DNA of 64,000 bases from an uncultured Gemmatimonadaceae bacterium (GCA_963829055.1 CAWHHI010000016.1:704001-768000); one strand, 5' to 3'; shown: positions 1 to 10,877, counted from the first letter of the stretch. Notes: generated from the letters alone by a model not told the origin. Made by a program: numbers and translations.

Positions 1-507
1 ACCCGCAACGAGCAGTGTCTTTCGTTCCGCAGCGGAGAGATGAAAGCCCTGCGCGAAGAGGGAGCCAACCGCCCCGCCAGTCATCACGATTGGGCCTTCG
101 GCGCCGAACGGACCACCTGTGCCAATCGCGATCGCCGACGACAACGGCTTGAGCACAGCAACCTTCGCCGACATGCGGCTGCGGCCAATCAGGATTGCCT
201 CGAGCGCCTCGGGAATCCCGTGCCCGCGGATCTTCTCCGACCCGTAACGCGCCATGAGCCCGATGACGAGCCCACCGACAACTGGCACGATTACACCGAT
301 GACGCCGAGGGTGCTCATGGCGGGCGAGACGAGCGCGCTCGAATACCGGTGATACCAGATGAGATTCGTTGCGACCCCAATGAGCCACACGAGCGCGTAG
401 GCTACGAACGAACTCATGACGCCGACGACGACCGCCATCACCGCCATCACCAGGAGTCGGGAATTGGTGGTGAAGTCGGCGAGGCGGTCGTCGTGTCTGG
501 GGATCAC
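1..507 (-). CDS. ClC-family chloride channel/antiporter, N-terminal part (runs off window)
   Basis: Not in the ORF track. Manual translation from GTG at 507: VIPRHDDRLADF...RYGSEKIRGHGIPEALEAILIG...IGTGGPFGAEGPIVMTGGAVGS; matches the ClC GxGIP and GxEGP signatures. Confidence 0.9.
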   Translation of the reverse strand, partial: MIPRHDDRLADFTTNSRLLVMAVMAVVVGVMSSFVAYALVWLIGVATNLIWYHRYSSALVSPAMSTLGVIGVIVPVVGGLVIGLMARYGSEKIRGHGIPEALEAILIGRSRMSAKVAVLKPLSSAIAIGTGGPFGAEGPIVMTGGAVGSLFAQGFHLSAAERKTLLVAG

Positions 508-593
508 GACCAAGCATCACATGCCGCCGGCGCTCGATCAATGAGTCGTTCATCTCGCGGAATGGGACGAATCGCTCATGTGGCGCCGCATGA

Positions 594-1241
594 TCAGATG
601 AGATTTCGCTTGATCGCGTGCGTCACAGCTTCGAGGCGGCTGTGCGTGCGCAGCTTCTTGTTGATGTGGTGCAGGTGATTGCGCAGTGTATGCGCGGAGA
701 TGTCGAGCGTGCGAGCGACGGCGGCGGGCGTGCTTCCCTGCGCGAACATTCGGAGGATGCGCTGCTCCTGTGGCGTCAGCGGCGAGACCGGTGCGGGGCG
801 GCCCGTTTCCGAGCCGAGCGCTCGCAGACGGTCGGCCGCCGCCAGCATTCGCTCGACGAGGTGCTCGCGTGCTCGGCGGAGGTGAATATCCTGCGCGATG
901 AATATCACCAGTCGCGTGCTCGACCGCGCCGGTGCGTGCACGAGCGTCGAGATACTGACCCAGCGGCGGCGCCCATCGCGCGAGCGGATCTCCGCGTCGA
1001 ACGCCGGCAGCGTGTGGCCGGTGAGTGCCATCTCGCACAACTCGCGGCCGATCGACGTCCCGAGCGCACCGCGAGCATCCAGCACCTTCATCCACTCCGC
1101 CCCGATGATATCGACGGCGCTCCAGCCGAACAGTGTGGAGGCCGCGCTGTTCCAGGTTCGCACGATTCCGCGACTGTCGATCGCGAATGCCGCGTCGGCA
1201 GTGGAATCGAGGAGTTGAGCTATTCCGTCGGGGCGGGTCAT
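594..1241 (-). CDS. PAS domain + LuxR-type HTH transcriptional regulator
   Basis: N-terminal PAS-like (DAAFAIDSRGIVRTWNSAASTLFGW); C-terminal LTPQE..IL...AQG...VA..L.IS..T..NHL..I..KL. Confidence 0.9.
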   Translation of the reverse strand: MTRPDGIAQLLDSTADAAFAIDSRGIVRTWNSAASTLFGWSAVDIIGAEWMKVLDARGALGTSIGRELCEMALTGHTLPAFDAEIRSRDGRRRWVSISTLVHAPARSSTRLVIFIAQDIHLRRAREHLVERMLAAADRLRALGSETGRPAPVSPLTPQEQRILRMFAQGSTPAAVARTLDISAHTLRNHLHHINKKLRTHSRLEAVTHAIKRNLI

Positions 1242-1271
1242 GGCCTCGAGCGCACGGTCGAAGGGTGCACG

Positions 1272-2201
1272 TTAGGCGGAGCATAGTACCTGAGGTCGAT
1301 CTGTACAGCGGCCAGGTGATTCGAGGCATCGTACCACCTCGGCGGAGTGAGGCACGACGACCACGGAGCAATTCGCAGTTCTCGCGAGCATGTGCGCGAC
1401 ATCATCGTCATCCGTGGATGCGGGTACGCAACTACCAATGACAATAACGTCCGCGCTCAGCTTTCGAGCGACATCGATGATCATCCGCACTTGCTCACGC
1501 TTCGCTACCGCGTCGCGTCTCTCGACAGGGATACTCGTCTGCCGAGTTGGATACTCGACGCTCGCGAGTGAACCGACTGATGTCCTGTCCGCCAGGCGTA
1601 GCGACTGAACCCGAGCTGTGCAGGACGCCGCGACCATCTGCGCCACGGTGAGAACCGGTCCCGCAACGTCGCCGGCGAGAGCAGCGAGAACGGTCGTAGG
1701 CGCCGCCCGGACGTTGCGCGCAACGAGTCCCGGGCGAGCCAGTCGTCGCAGTAAACGGTGGGTCGTTGCGGTCTCGTGGCGCGGCGCCGCGCGAGACACG
1801 GCGTTCCCGCCAACGACGACGAGATCCGCCGCGACCATATCGGCGTACGCGGCTAGCTGCAGTGCCGGGTCCCCAACTCGTACCTCGACCCTGGTGTCGG
1901 TGCCGCCGACTACTCCCGACAGTCCGTGCAGCGCACCGCGCAGTGACTCGATGCGCCCTTGCAGTCGGCTTTCAAGGTCGGGTATCCGAGCCGAATGCAG
2001 CCGCGATACGTTAGGCGACGGCGGTGGCTCGACTACGTGAACGAGCGTGAGCGCTGCGTCACGTGCGAGATGGCGCCTCACCCACTGAGCGGCGGCTAGC
2101 GACACCTCAGAAAAATCGACGCCGACAACGATGCGATCGAGTGGCCGAGCGGTAACGTCTTGCTGGAATGCGTCTTTCCCGTGCGCGATTGCTGAGAGCA
2201 T
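1272..2201 (-). CDS. universal stress protein (tandem Usp domains)
   Basis: RIVVGVDFSEVS, VRVGDPA..L...A....ADLVVVG, C-terminal ANCSVVVVP; start inferred at ATG 2201. Confidence 0.85.
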   Translation of the reverse strand: MLSAIAHGKDAFQQDVTARPLDRIVVGVDFSEVSLAAAQWVRRHLARDAALTLVHVVEPPPSPNVSRLHSARIPDLESRLQGRIESLRGALHGLSGVVGGTDTRVEVRVGDPALQLAAYADMVAADLVVVGGNAVSRAAPRHETATTHRLLRRLARPGLVARNVRAAPTTVLAALAGDVAGPVLTVAQMVAASCTARVQSLRLADRTSVGSLASVEYPTRQTSIPVERRDAVAKREQVRMIIDVARKLSADVIVIGSCVPASTDDDDVAHMLARTANCSVVVVPHSAEVVRCLESPGRCTDRPQVLCSA

Positions 2202-2244
2202 GGCATTGTCTCCTGCCGTTAGGCACAACGGTTGAATTCCGTCT

Positions 2245-3552
2245 CTATGCGTACACACCGCGCAGCTCGTGCACCGCTGCCACGCGGCTCATCGCGAGCA
2301 TATAGGCGGCGGTGCGCATGCTCACCTGACGGGTCCGCGACAGCTCGTGCACTTCGCGGAAGCTCCGGACCATGGTTTCTTCGAGACGTTCGTTAACGAC
2401 CGTCTCCGTCCACGCGTATCCCGCACGGTTCTGCACCCACTCGAAGTACGACACCGTGACGCCTCCCGCGTTGGCGAGGATGTCCGGGATGACGAAGACC
2501 CCGTTCTCTTCCAGGATCGGATCGGCCGCAGCCGTGGTCGGGCCGTTCGCACCTTCGCAGATGATCTTTGCGCGAACGCGCGCCGCGTTCTTCGTCGTGA
2601 TCACGTTCTCGAGCGCCGCGGGCACGAGCACGTCGACGTCCAGCGTGAGCAGCTCGTCGTTCGTGATCGACGTGCCTTTGACATAGCCCTCGAGCGTCCC
2701 GTGTCTCCGCACCCACGCGGCGGCTTCGACAACATTGATCCCCCGCGCGTCGTACAGCGCGCCGGTTCGGTCGCCGATCGCAACGACACGAGCGCCCGCC
2801 CGCGATAGCTGCAGTGCGGCAACAGAACCCACGTTGCCGAACCCCTGCACTGCGACGGTCGCGCGCATCAACGACATGCCCCGCGCGCTGAGCGCCTCGC
2901 GCGTCGCGATCATGCAGCCGCGCCCGGTCGCCTCCCGCCGCCCGAGCGAGCCGCCCAGCGCCACCGGCTTGCCGGTCACGACCGCGGGGACGCTATGCCC
3001 CACGTGCATCGAGTAGGTGTCCATCACCCACGCCATCACGCGCTCGTTCGTGTTCACGTCTGGCGCGGGGACATCCGAGTCGGGGCCGAGCCCGTCGATG
3101 ATGGCGGACGTGTAGCGACGCGTTAGGCGCTCGAGCTCGCCCGGCGACATCGAGAACGGGTCGCACAACACGCCACCCTTCGCGCCGCCGAACGGCACAT
3201 CGACTACGGCACACTTCCAGGTCATCCAGGCTGCCAGCGCCGACACCTCATCGAGCGAGACGCGGGTGTCGAACCGGATGCCGCCCTTCCCCGGACCTCG
3301 CGCGGTGTTGTGCACCACGCGATGGCCGGTGAACACCTCGATCTCGCCGCTGTCCATTCGAACCGGAATCGCGACGGTGAGCTGCCGCTCGGGCTGGCGG
3401 AGTATCCGGTAGATGCCCGGATCCAGCTCGATCTCGGCTGCAGCGCGATCGAGCCGGGCCGCCATCGCGTCGAATGGATTCTCCTCGTGCGCGACGGAGT
3501 ACGTGGCGGGGAGTTCAGTCCTGCGACCGCGCACGAGCGTGTTCGTCGTCAT
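2245..3552 (-). CDS. gdhA: Glu/Leu/Phe/Val dehydrogenase (glutamate dehydrogenase)
   Basis: GPGKGGIR, MTWKCA, GGAKGG, VPAPDVNT, VQGFGNVG, EGANGP, PDILANAGGVTVSYFEW; GGAG RBS before ATG 3552. Confidence 0.93.
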   Translation of the reverse strand: MTTNTLVRGRRTELPATYSVAHEENPFDAMAARLDRAAAEIELDPGIYRILRQPERQLTVAIPVRMDSGEIEVFTGHRVVHNTARGPGKGGIRFDTRVSLDEVSALAAWMTWKCAVVDVPFGGAKGGVLCDPFSMSPGELERLTRRYTSAIIDGLGPDSDVPAPDVNTNERVMAWVMDTYSMHVGHSVPAVVTGKPVALGGSLGRREATGRGCMIATREALSARGMSLMRATVAVQGFGNVGSVAALQLSRAGARVVAIGDRTGALYDARGINVVEAAAWVRRHGTLEGYVKGTSITNDELLTLDVDVLVPAALENVITTKNAARVRAKIICEGANGPTTAAADPILEENGVFVIPDILANAGGVTVSYFEWVQNRAGYAWTETVVNERLEETMVRSFREVHELSRTRQVSMRTAAYMLAMSRVAAVHELRGVYA

Positions 3553-4457
3553 AATGATCTCCAACGTGACGGGTAAGGTGAATCGCGTCAGCGAGGAGAG
3601 AGATGGCCGGCGGGAATGTGCAGAAGGGCCCGGTAGTGGGAGTCGCGTGTCGCACCCGGGTCGTTACACACCGCGCCGGCGCCTCGCTTGGGTCGCGTGA
3701 CGCCATGATCAATCCATGAGCGATTGCGACCGGCCATGCGGCTGGCACCGATGCACGACGCCCCACCTGCGTTAGGCGCGGGTGGGGCGTTCGGGTGTGA
3801 CCCGTAACCGAGGCGGGCTACGCCGTCGAGCAGCGCTCCCGTCCACCCATCCCGCGTGGGCTCGTCGTGGCCGGCACGGACATCCGAGTTCCTCGGAGGT
3901 CCGCCGCACCACCGGCGCGTTGCAGGCGCTTGGCCGACACACGCGTGAGCCGCGCCCCCCGATTCGCACTCCAGCCGCGCTCCAATCTCTCAGGCGGGCA
4001 CAACCCGATCGGACGGCAGGCCATCGCTCGGCCGCCACCGGAAGTCGCGTCGGCGTGCACATCGTGCGCGCGAAGTGGAGAGAATGAGATCGGCATCATC
4101 ACAGAGTTGAACCCTCGTCGCGAAGATTAGTTCCCGGTCGTCACCGCGATAGCATTGCCGCCGCCGTCGTTGCGTCCGCTATGGATACTGATATGGGCGA
4201 AGTACCGATCGTCACGGCTGGCACGTGTGTTCGGCGCGTCTGACGTTACGGATCGGATCCGACGTCGACATCGGGATGTTTCGCTGTGCCCATCGCATCC
4301 GCAGTCAAGACGCGTAGGACAAACGCCGACACGGGTCGCGGGATGATCCGACAGACGGGGCAAGAAGCCCGGCATAGTTTGATCGCACGATGAGACGTGC
4401 TTGGCGGCGCGCGTGCCCGTACGTCCTGCCAGATGTCAGCGACGCCGGAGGTTTCAA

Positions 4458-4943
4458 ATGGTTGCTCTGTCTGAACGATCGATGGCCGACCGATGCATTG
4501 GGGTGTCGGCGGAACCCGGATGCGCGAAAGAGCATCTGGTCCGTCGCGGTCCAGTGGTTCTCGCCATCGACGGAGCGGAACGCGGCGGGTCAGCCGTCGT
4601 CGCGGCCCGGATGATCGCGGCACGGCTCGACCTCCCGCTCGAGGTCATCACCGTCCTCGAGCCGACACCGATGTCGGCGGCGACACTGGACGTCGGGGCG
4701 CGTGGTGATCCCGCCCACGACGACGCCCGCCGGCAGACGCGCGAGATCGCCATCACCGATTATGTGTGCCGCTTCTCGGGCGGCGACACGCCTCCCCGTG
4801 TTCACGTACGCGTCGGCAACGTCTCGGATGAGATCACGCGCTTCGCGCGCGCGGTATCCGCGACGACCGTCGTGCTGGGCAACGGCCTGACGGCGACACC
4901 GTCCGAGCTCGCCATCGGTCATCGGGTGCCGAACTTGCGTTAG
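4458..4943 (+). CDS. single-domain universal stress protein
   Basis: GGAGG RBS before ATG 4458; PVVLAIDG...A..IA.....LEVITVLEP...VRVGNVSDEI..FA. Confidence 0.7.
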   Translation: MVALSERSMADRCIGVSAEPGCAKEHLVRRGPVVLAIDGAERGGSAVVAARMIAARLDLPLEVITVLEPTPMSAATLDVGARGDPAHDDARRQTREIAITDYVCRFSGGDTPPRVHVRVGNVSDEITRFARAVSATTVVLGNGLTATPSELAIGHRVPNLR

Positions 4944-5162
4944 GCGCGGACGGCTGGTGTCGACAGCGTTGCGGGTGAGCCCGCGCATCCGCGTGTGGCG
5001 CCACCTCTTCGCGTTGGCCGCTTGAACGCGAGTCCGTCCGACCGAGCGCCCCAGCCCGAGAGGGTTGGCGTGACGTGGCCGACGATTTTCGAGACGCTGG
5101 CTCGTGCTCGTAGGGCATTCGATCACCAGCACGACGCAATGTCAGTCATCGGGGATGCAATC

Positions 5163-5348
5163 ATGACGAAAGACGAACGGCCTGATGTCGCGCGACAACC
5201 GCTCGAATCGCCTTCACGCGAGCCCTCTGCTCTTCGTTCGTGGCATTCCGACTCGCTTGACGACGTCGAGGAAGCATCGCTGGATAGCTTTCCGGCGAGT
5301 GACCCGCCAACGTGGTCTTCAATGCGCGCTGGACCTCCGCGCAACTGA
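5163..5348 (+). CDS. small hypothetical protein with DxVxEASxxSFPASDPP motif
   Basis: 61 aa containing DDVEEASLDSFPASDPPTW, a motif I recognise from small bacterial hypothetical proteins. Confidence 0.65.
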   Translation: MTKDERPDVARQPLESPSREPSALRSWHSDSLDDVEEASLDSFPASDPPTWSSMRAGPPRN

Positions 5349-5759
5349 GTCGACAGACGTTAGGTAGCCGAGTTGCATACGCGGTTCGTTCGGCGATCGT
5401 TGCTGAGGCGTGAGTGCCTGTCCAACCCCAGTGGCCGGTGACTGCTGCCCATCCATGTTGGAGCTCCGATGAAACGACTCATGCCTAACGCCAACCGACG
5501 ATTGGCTTACGGCCGCGTGACTCGGCTCGCGGCGGGGTGCGTCACCGAGCGAGACGCGGGCGCCTGGGCGTCCGTCCAGGCGCATCACGCCTACCGAGGA
5601 GCGCAGAAAGGAGCGCAGCCATTCGAATCATGAGTGGCTGACCGCACCTACGTCGGCACTGGGCATCGTCCATCGCCCCGTCTGCGCTCGAAGCGCAGAC
5701 GGGGCGATGTGTTTCCACGGGATTACCAGTTCCTCTACGGATTGTAAAAGGAGGCTACC

Positions 5760-6200
5760 ATGTCATTCAGCGTTTTCGACCGCGGCGACGGCCGCTTCGA
5801 ACTCATGCGCAGCGACGCCGAGATCGGCTGGATCGCAGACCGCGCGATCGGCTTTGGCGGCTTCGAAAATCGAGCAACGGCCCATCGCGCAGCTACCATC
5901 GCGTACAAAGCGCTCACCGGCTGGCTCGCGCGCCAGCGCCGCATCGACGCCGCGCCTCAAAATGCGCGTGCGCTGCGCGTGCGACGCAAAGGCGCGGTCG
6001 ATCAGCTCACGCTCGGCGACGTCTCAGTCGGACGACTCTTGCCGCACAGCGCCCATTTGAATGGAGCTAGTGAGTACGCGTTCGAGTTACTCCTGCCGCC
6101 GCGGGTGGGAGCGTCAGTCGGTGGCGCGCAGATCATGTACCTCGCACTCATGCGCCACGGCCTGATCCGAGAACGGACGAGCGAAGTCCAACCCGCCTGA
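5760..6200 (+). CDS. hypothetical protein, paralog of 11710-12277 and 23200-23871
   Basis: AAGGAGG RBS; shares GWI...(I/V)GF.GF.....A..AA..A...L...L.R and FEL..P...A...Y..L with the two other genes. Confidence 0.75.
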   Translation: MSFSVFDRGDGRFELMRSDAEIGWIADRAIGFGGFENRATAHRAATIAYKALTGWLARQRRIDAAPQNARALRVRRKGAVDQLTLGDVSVGRLLPHSAHLNGASEYAFELLLPPRVGASVGGAQIMYLALMRHGLIRERTSEVQPA

Positions 6201-6325
6201 TGAATCGCACGCTCACCACCTCATCGCTCGAGCGCGGCCGGTAATTCAACGTCGAGGTGCTTGGTCGGTGCGAGGCCGAGGGAGAACGACTCGGTCGGCC
6301 TCGCTCCGCATCGAGAGCGGTCTTG

Positions 6326-7087
6326 TCATTTCCGGATCAAATCCAGCGACAGCGCCAGTCGCACGTATTCCGTGCGATGCGTGATGCCGAGTTTGTGCTC
6401 GATTCGTTGCTTGTACGTGTCGATTGTTTTGGGACTGATCCCGAGTTGCTGCCCGATCTCCACGCCGCTGTACCCTTCGGCCATGAGACGCACGACCGCC
6501 TGCTCGCGATCGCTCAGCGATTCGAACGCCTGACGACGAACGTCCGGAGCGCCGCGACGCCGCATGGACCCCGCGAGCAGCCTCGCGACGTGCGGCCGCA
6601 CGTAGATATCACCCGACGCCACCACGCGGATCGCCGTCACGAGATCCCGGCCCGCCGCTTCCTTCGACAGATATCCAGTCGCCCCGTCCTCGAGCAGCGG
6701 GATCAACTGGTCTTCTTCAGCATGCATGCTCAGAATGAGCACCTTGGGCGCGCGCGCCATTGCGCAGAGCGCCCGCGTCGCTGTCGCTCCATTGCCGCCC
6801 GGCATGTCCAGGTCGAGCACCACCACGTCGGGCAACAGGCGCTCGGCCAACTCGACCGCCTCGAGACCGTTCGAGCCATTGCCCACAACCGTAATGTCGG
6901 GGATGGTAGCGAGTAGTGCTTTGAGGCCCACACGAAGGACGGCGTGGTCGTCGACGAGGAGCACACGAATTGGCGTCTCGCGCGGCGCGACTCCGCGGCG
7001 CATGTAGGGTTGCGCGGCGAGCGCCGTGCCGACGGCGTGCAGCGGGTCGACCGACTCCGAATCCGATGTGGGGCGGAAGAGTGACAT
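6326..7087 (-). CDS. NarL/FixJ-family response regulator (REC + LuxR HTH)
   Basis: IRVLLVDDH, PDVVVLDLDMP, GYLSK, LSDREQAV..LMAEG...IG.QLGISPKTIDTY; start uncertain (7087 or 7003). Confidence 0.92.
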   Translation of the reverse strand: MSLFRPTSDSESVDPLHAVGTALAAQPYMRRGVAPRETPIRVLLVDDHAVLRVGLKALLATIPDITVVGNGSNGLEAVELAERLLPDVVVLDLDMPGGNGATATRALCAMARAPKVLILSMHAEEDQLIPLLEDGATGYLSKEAAGRDLVTAIRVVASGDIYVRPHVARLLAGSMRRRGAPDVRRQAFESLSDREQAVVRLMAEGYSGVEIGQQLGISPKTIDTYKQRIEHKLGITHRTEYVRLALSLDLIRK

Positions 7088-7169
7088 GAGAACCTTTGAC
7101 GAAACTGTAGCACAACGCAGATCCGCTGAGTGGAGCTCCGCGCGACTGCGTCTCGGTGCACAGGCAGTG

Positions 7170-8351
7170 TCACGACCGCTCTGGGAGGACCAGGGTAAAC
7201 GTACTGCCGCGGCCCGGCTGACTTTCAACCTCGATGCGCCCGCCATGCCCTTCGGCGATCCCGTGTGCGATCACGAGGCCCAGCCCAGCCCCGCCTCGAC
7301 CCGATTCGTGCGCCTGCCAGAATCGGTCGAAGAGACGTGGAATGTTTTCGGTCGCGATTCCAACACCATTGTCTTCTACCCGAAATCGAACTGAATTGCC
7401 GTCGCGATTCACGGCAAGTGTCACTTTGCCGCCGCGTGGAGTGAACTTGATGGCGTTGCCGACGAGGTTGCCCACCGCCTGAACGACGCGGTCGACATCG
7501 GCATCGACCCAGAGCGCCGTTCCGACGGGCTCGACGACCAGCGTCACACCAGCAGTCGCCGCGGATGACGCGAACATGGAGCAGATCACCTCCGTGATCG
7601 CCTGAACGATCATCGGCTCTGGGTGGATCGTTAGGCGGCCGGCCTCGATCGCGGTGACGTCGAGCAGATCGCGGATGATTCGGAGCGCCCATTCACTCGA
7701 ACGCACAATCGCGTTCGCCAGTACGGGCAGCTCGCCGCTGCCCTCGAGCAGGGCGTTTGCCGACATGGCAATCGCGCTCAGCGGGCTCCGAAGATCATGC
7801 GAAACCATCCCCAGCACTTCGTCTCGCACACGAGCGGCGCGCTCTGCCGCCGCCCGCGCCGCGCGCTCGCTCGCGAGCAGCGCCTCGCGCTCACGACGCA
7901 GGCAATGGCGGTCGATTGCGTGACTGACGGCGTGTCGTACGATCTCCGCGCCATCACGACCCTTGATCAGGTAGTCCTGGGCACCCGCCTTGACCGCCGC
8001 AACGGCAAGGCTATGGTCGGCAACGTGTGCCATGACCACGATGGGAGCATCGGGAGCAGCGACGCACAGTGACTCGACACCTTCCAGGCCACTGGCGCCG
8101 AGTTGCGACAGGTCGAGCATCACGACGTCGAATCGCTCGGAAGCCAGACGTTCGCACGCCCTTACAACTTGGTCTTCGCGTTCGACGATCGTCTCCGGCG
8201 GGTGTCCGCCCGGGGCCCTGAAGTGGGCTCCGATTGTCGCAGCGTCTTCCGGTGAGGCGATCATCAACACACGCATGACGCTCTTGACGTTAGGCGACGA
8301 CGTAGCCAGGACCGGAGACACCGGCGGAGTCGAGCGAGTGATAGCAGGCAT
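7170..8351 (-). CDS. hybrid REC-histidine kinase
   Basis: REC (FDVVMLDL, GAQDYLIK), H-box SHDLRSPL, N-box NLVGNAIKFT, G-boxes DNGVGI and GAGLGL. Confidence 0.92.
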   Translation of the reverse strand: MPAITRSTPPVSPVLATSSPNVKSVMRVLMIASPEDAATIGAHFRAPGGHPPETIVEREDQVVRACERLASERFDVVMLDLSQLGASGLEGVESLCVAAPDAPIVVMAHVADHSLAVAAVKAGAQDYLIKGRDGAEIVRHAVSHAIDRHCLRREREALLASERAARAAAERAARVRDEVLGMVSHDLRSPLSAIAMSANALLEGSGELPVLANAIVRSSEWALRIIRDLLDVTAIEAGRLTIHPEPMIVQAITEVICSMFASSAATAGVTLVVEPVGTALWVDADVDRVVQAVGNLVGNAIKFTPRGGKVTLAVNRDGNSVRFRVEDNGVGIATENIPRLFDRFWQAHESGRGGAGLGLVIAHGIAEGHGGRIEVESQPGRGSTFTLVLPERS

Positions 8352-8724
8352 GTCGTGTTCACCAGTCGTCGATGAGCCCGTTTGCGCTGAAGGGTCATGC
8401 CTTCCGCTCATTCCAACGTCGTCAGCGTTTGTTGCAGCCGAGCGAAATGCGAGAAATGCCTACGTGCAAATCTCACTGCCAATCGCGCCAGGCGCCGTCA
8501 GCGTTTGTCCGACAACACGCCGTTGGAACATTGATGCACGGGAGATCTTCCGTCGGGCTTATCCCGGCAGAACCGCACGACCATCCGACATACACGTGGC
8601 CGCGAGGATGGTACCATGTCAGATGCGGACTTCGACGCTCGCGACCACGCGTCGGCGACGAGTCGTCCGCACGATATTCAGCCGATCCAGACGCTCCACG
8701 ACGCGAAAACAAAGGAGGGTCACA

Positions 8725-8997
8725 ATGCGGAAGAATGTGGAGTACGCCGTAGCGCGTCATAACGGTCCGATCTCGGTCTCGCTCGACGAAGCCGAGAATC
8801 TCCTCGAAGGTCGCAGGTTAACGGACCCACCAGATTGGGACACTGACGGTGGCACGCCAGCTCGAAAGAATTCGAGACATCATCGAACTGCCGCTGGTCA
8901 ACCGCGCAGCGGCTCGCGACAGCAAGCCTATGGAGCCGGCCGGCGCCTGCGCCGGCTGTTGAGTCGAGCGTGGCACTCTCTATTTCCGGACTCGTAG
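8725..8997 (+). CDS. hypothetical protein (90 aa)
   Basis: AAGGAGG RBS directly upstream; contains WDTDGG; no family recognised. Confidence 0.55.
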   Translation: MRKNVEYAVARHNGPISVSLDEAENLLEGRRLTDPPDWDTDGGTPARKNSRHHRTAAGQPRSGSRQQAYGAGRRLRRLLSRAWHSLFPDS

Positions 8998-9040
8998 CGC
9001 AAGAAGAGATAGTGCGCAGCCTCCGCACAGAGAGTGGAGT

Positions 9041-9556
9041 ATGAGACGTTTCGTAATTCCTGCCCTCGCCGCCGCGTTTTCCTTACGGTTACGCGGCATG
9101 GCTTCCGCTTCCCCAGCGGGCAACCACAACTCGCTCAGGGAAGGCACCACGCTCGGAATCATTGTTGCCACCGCCATTTGGGTGTGGCTCGCTGTGGTCG
9201 ACGCCGCTGCTGGCCAGCCGTTCCGGACGTTCGCGGCGCTGGGCGGTATCACCGTTTTCACCGTCGTGCACTACCTACTGAACATTGTGTACGGCGTGGT
9301 GATCGTGTCGGCGGTCCACGGCGCCGCCCGCGAACCGAGCGTGGCCCTCGCCCTCGCGTTCGGCCTGGTCACGTTCGAGATCGCACTCGCGATGGTAACA
9401 GTGCTGCTCTCACAGCTCGGGCTCGGGCAGCTCGCCTGGGTCCGGATCTTCGGCGGGAGCCTGGTGGGCGTAGCGGTTGCCCTGTTCCTGCTTTCCCGCC
9501 GGCATCCACTCGCGTCACAACTCCGGCACGCCGACCACACACACGACGCCACCTAA
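9041..9556 (+). CDS. hypothetical membrane protein (about 4 TM)
   Basis: GGAG RBS; several long hydrophobic segments. Confidence 0.7.
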   Translation: MRRFVIPALAAAFSLRLRGMASASPAGNHNSLREGTTLGIIVATAIWVWLAVVDAAAGQPFRTFAALGGITVFTVVHYLLNIVYGVVIVSAVHGAAREPSVALALAFGLVTFEIALAMVTVLLSQLGLGQLAWVRIFGGSLVGVAVALFLLSRRHPLASQLRHADHTHDAT

Positions 9557-9806
9557 CGACTATGCCGCCGACGTCGTTTCCTCCCCCGACTGCCAGGGTC
9601 GCGATCAGCGGCTTGGGACGAATCCGGCGCGCGATGCGGCGGCGGGGGCGCTCGCACGCGCGAGGATCTCGAGACGGTGGCCGCGAGAGCCCGGCTGGCG
9701 CCGAGATGCATGTCGGGGCCGCCGGTCCGTGCGGCGCTCGATCGTGGAGGGGGCAACGCCATCCTGTTTGGTAGGAGCAATGAATGCACAATGAAACTCC
9801 TCGAAT

Positions 9807-10877
9807 TCACCCATTGAAGTGCATCCCGTCGGTGCGAGCTCGATCCGGAAGACGTTCTTTTGACGAGGTCACGGCCCAACCCTTTCGGATTCGGTAGTCG
9901 TGCCGTGGGCTGACGTTCCCGGTTCCGCGCAACAGAACGAAACCGTCGAATGCGCGGAGGATTCGGCGCCTCGTACCATGAGAGACACGGTCTGCGACCG
10001 TAGCTGGCTGCCGATCGCCCACCGCAATCAGATCGGCGTTGGCGCGCTCGGCGTACGCCGTTAGGCGCGCGGCCGGCTCGCCGCGCAGTACGCGGCGCTT
10101 GACGGCGGCGATGCCGGAATGCGTGAGCGCTTTCTCGATTTCGGTGAACCTCACCGCCCATCCAACAGTGTCCTCTGCGTCTGCGGGGCCGTACGCCGCG
10201 GGCGCCTCCACGCCGTCGACGTGCACCAGGTGTACGGCCGCGCTCTCGGCGAGGACTCCGATCGTGGACGTCGCAATCGCGACGTCGGCGTCCCTCCCGT
10301 CAACGCCAACGATGGCTCGCGCTGGCAACGTGGAGGCCGACCGTGGTACGACAAGCACGGCAACACCACTACGCTGTGCCACCGCGAGAGCTGTTGGGCG
10401 CCGGAGCCAACGGGTAATCCAGCCACGACGGTTGCCCGTTACGATCAGATCGTGGCCACCGGTTCGCGCTGTTTCAGCAATGCTGTCGACAATGCTGCTG
10501 CTGTCGATGAGTCTGATGGTCCAGAATGGCGTGCCGTTCCCGAGAGCGCGCTGGCCCTGCGGGAGGACAGACGCGAGACGTTCTTCCAGTAGCTCGCCGG
10601 TGATGGCCAGAAACTCAGGGGCAGGAGGCGACTCCCCCCAGCGGGGGAGCACGCTCACCACATCTACCGTCGCGTGGTGCCGCCGTGCCAGAAGGCCCGC
10701 CACGGTGACAGCACCTTCCGATGCCGCCGTACCATCGGTGGCCACAAGGATGCGCGAGAGCCGCCGAGTTGTCCTCGACTCCGGTCGCTTGGCGACGCTA
10801 CGAATCTGCGCGGCGTGGGCCCGCGCGCGCCCGGCTCGGGCCGCGTGATGGACTTCGAACCGGATCGCGTTAGGCAT
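9807..10877 (-). CDS. universal stress protein (tandem Usp domains)
   Basis: RILVATDGT..S..A, DLIVTG, VLVVP, AIVGVDG, GEPA..L..YA....ADLIAVG. Confidence 0.85.
   Translation of the reverse strand: MPNAIRFEVHHAARAGRARAHAAQIRSVAKRPESRTTRRLSRILVATDGTAASEGAVTVAGLLARRHHATVDVVSVLPRWGESPPAPEFLAITGELLEERLASVLPQGQRALGNGTPFWTIRLIDSSSIVDSIAETARTGGHDLIVTGNRRGWITRWLRRPTALAVAQRSGVAVLVVPRSASTLPARAIVGVDGRDADVAIATSTIGVLAESAAVHLVHVDGVEAPAAYGPADAEDTVGWAVRFTEIEKALTHSGIAAVKRRVLRGEPAARLTAYAERANADLIAVGDRQPATVADRVSHGTRRRILRAFDGFVLLRGTGNVSPRHDYRIRKGWAVTSSKERLPDRARTDGMHFNG

Noticed and set aside
3600..4400. Genes or ncRNA in the long gdhA-usp intergenic region
   Set aside because: Only short overlapping ORFs without recognisable motifs, and no RNA family I can identify.
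5725..5745. Fourth MarR operator upstream of 5760 (TCCTCTACGGA)
   Set aside because: Spacing is one base short and the symmetry is poor.
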